A DNA stretch of 17,980 bases from Pseudomonadota bacterium (GTDB taxonomy: Bacteria; Bdellovibrionota_G; JALEGL01; DATDPG01), in the NCBI GenBank assembly GCA_043804515.1, contig JAZDIZ010000090.1, positions 1 through 17,980 of the forward strand. Direction: 5' to 3'. Position numbers and translations under genes: made by a program. Positions 17,851-17,980 of this stretch are shown one piece after another. Each line of letters starts with the position of its first letter. Within the stretch, counting starts at the first letter, position 1. The notes beneath the pieces were generated by a model that had not been told where the DNA came from, searched no databases, and worked only from the letters and a program-made list of their open reading frames with translations.

Positions 17851-17887
17851 GCTTGTCTCGCCGTAGCCCCAAAGGGGCGAAGGCGGG
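17851..17887. repeat. REP-like hairpin related to the 130-bp repeats
   Basis: CGCC-gta-GCCCC-aaa-GGGGC-gaa-GGCG hairpin. 17851-17870 is 18/20 identical to 4923-4942. Confidence 0.65.
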
Positions 17888-17967
17888 CTGGGCCACCAAC
17901 CGCCGGGACGGTCGTGCGATAATTGCGACCTCCGACGTTCGAAAGACGTCACCCGATCGGTTTACAT

Positions 17968-17980
17968 TGGCTGGGGCGGT
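17968..17980 (-). tRNA. 3' end of a probable tRNA-Gln (truncated by the window edge)
   Basis: Minus strand ends ACCGCCCCAGCCA, a CCCCA-G-CCA end typical of bacterial tRNA-Gln. Only 13 nt visible. Confidence 0.5.

Overview
GC-rich bacterial DNA; the gene content suggests a delta-proteobacterial or Bdellovibrionota-like genome (inference). Left: housekeeping proteolysis operon with a probable clpP 3' end, clpX and lon, and an RpoH-like promoter before lon. Next come a convergent secreted HExxH protein, two 130-bp structured tandem repeats, tRNA-Val(TAC) on the minus strand and a palindromic MITE-like element. The centre is a minus-strand Cu/Ag efflux locus (TolC/CusC, CusB, CusA, a His/Cys-rich HMBD lipoprotein, a CxxCH haem-binding protein and a second, truncated cusA 3' fragment), followed by a DUF4139 protein. 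Divergent from it lie an ECF sigma factor and a translationally coupled Cys/His membrane protein. The 102-bp gap between them holds two back-to-back copies of TGTCACAAA-N14-CGTATTC. This is the best candidate for an undescribed system: ECF sigma/anti-sigma control of a Cus pump, with a probably leaderless autoregulated sigma mRNA. Right: a DUF1684 protein, an uncharacterised lipoprotein, a REP-like hairpin and the 3' end of a probable tRNA-Gln cut by the window edge. All family assignments are by motif recognition; no searches were run.
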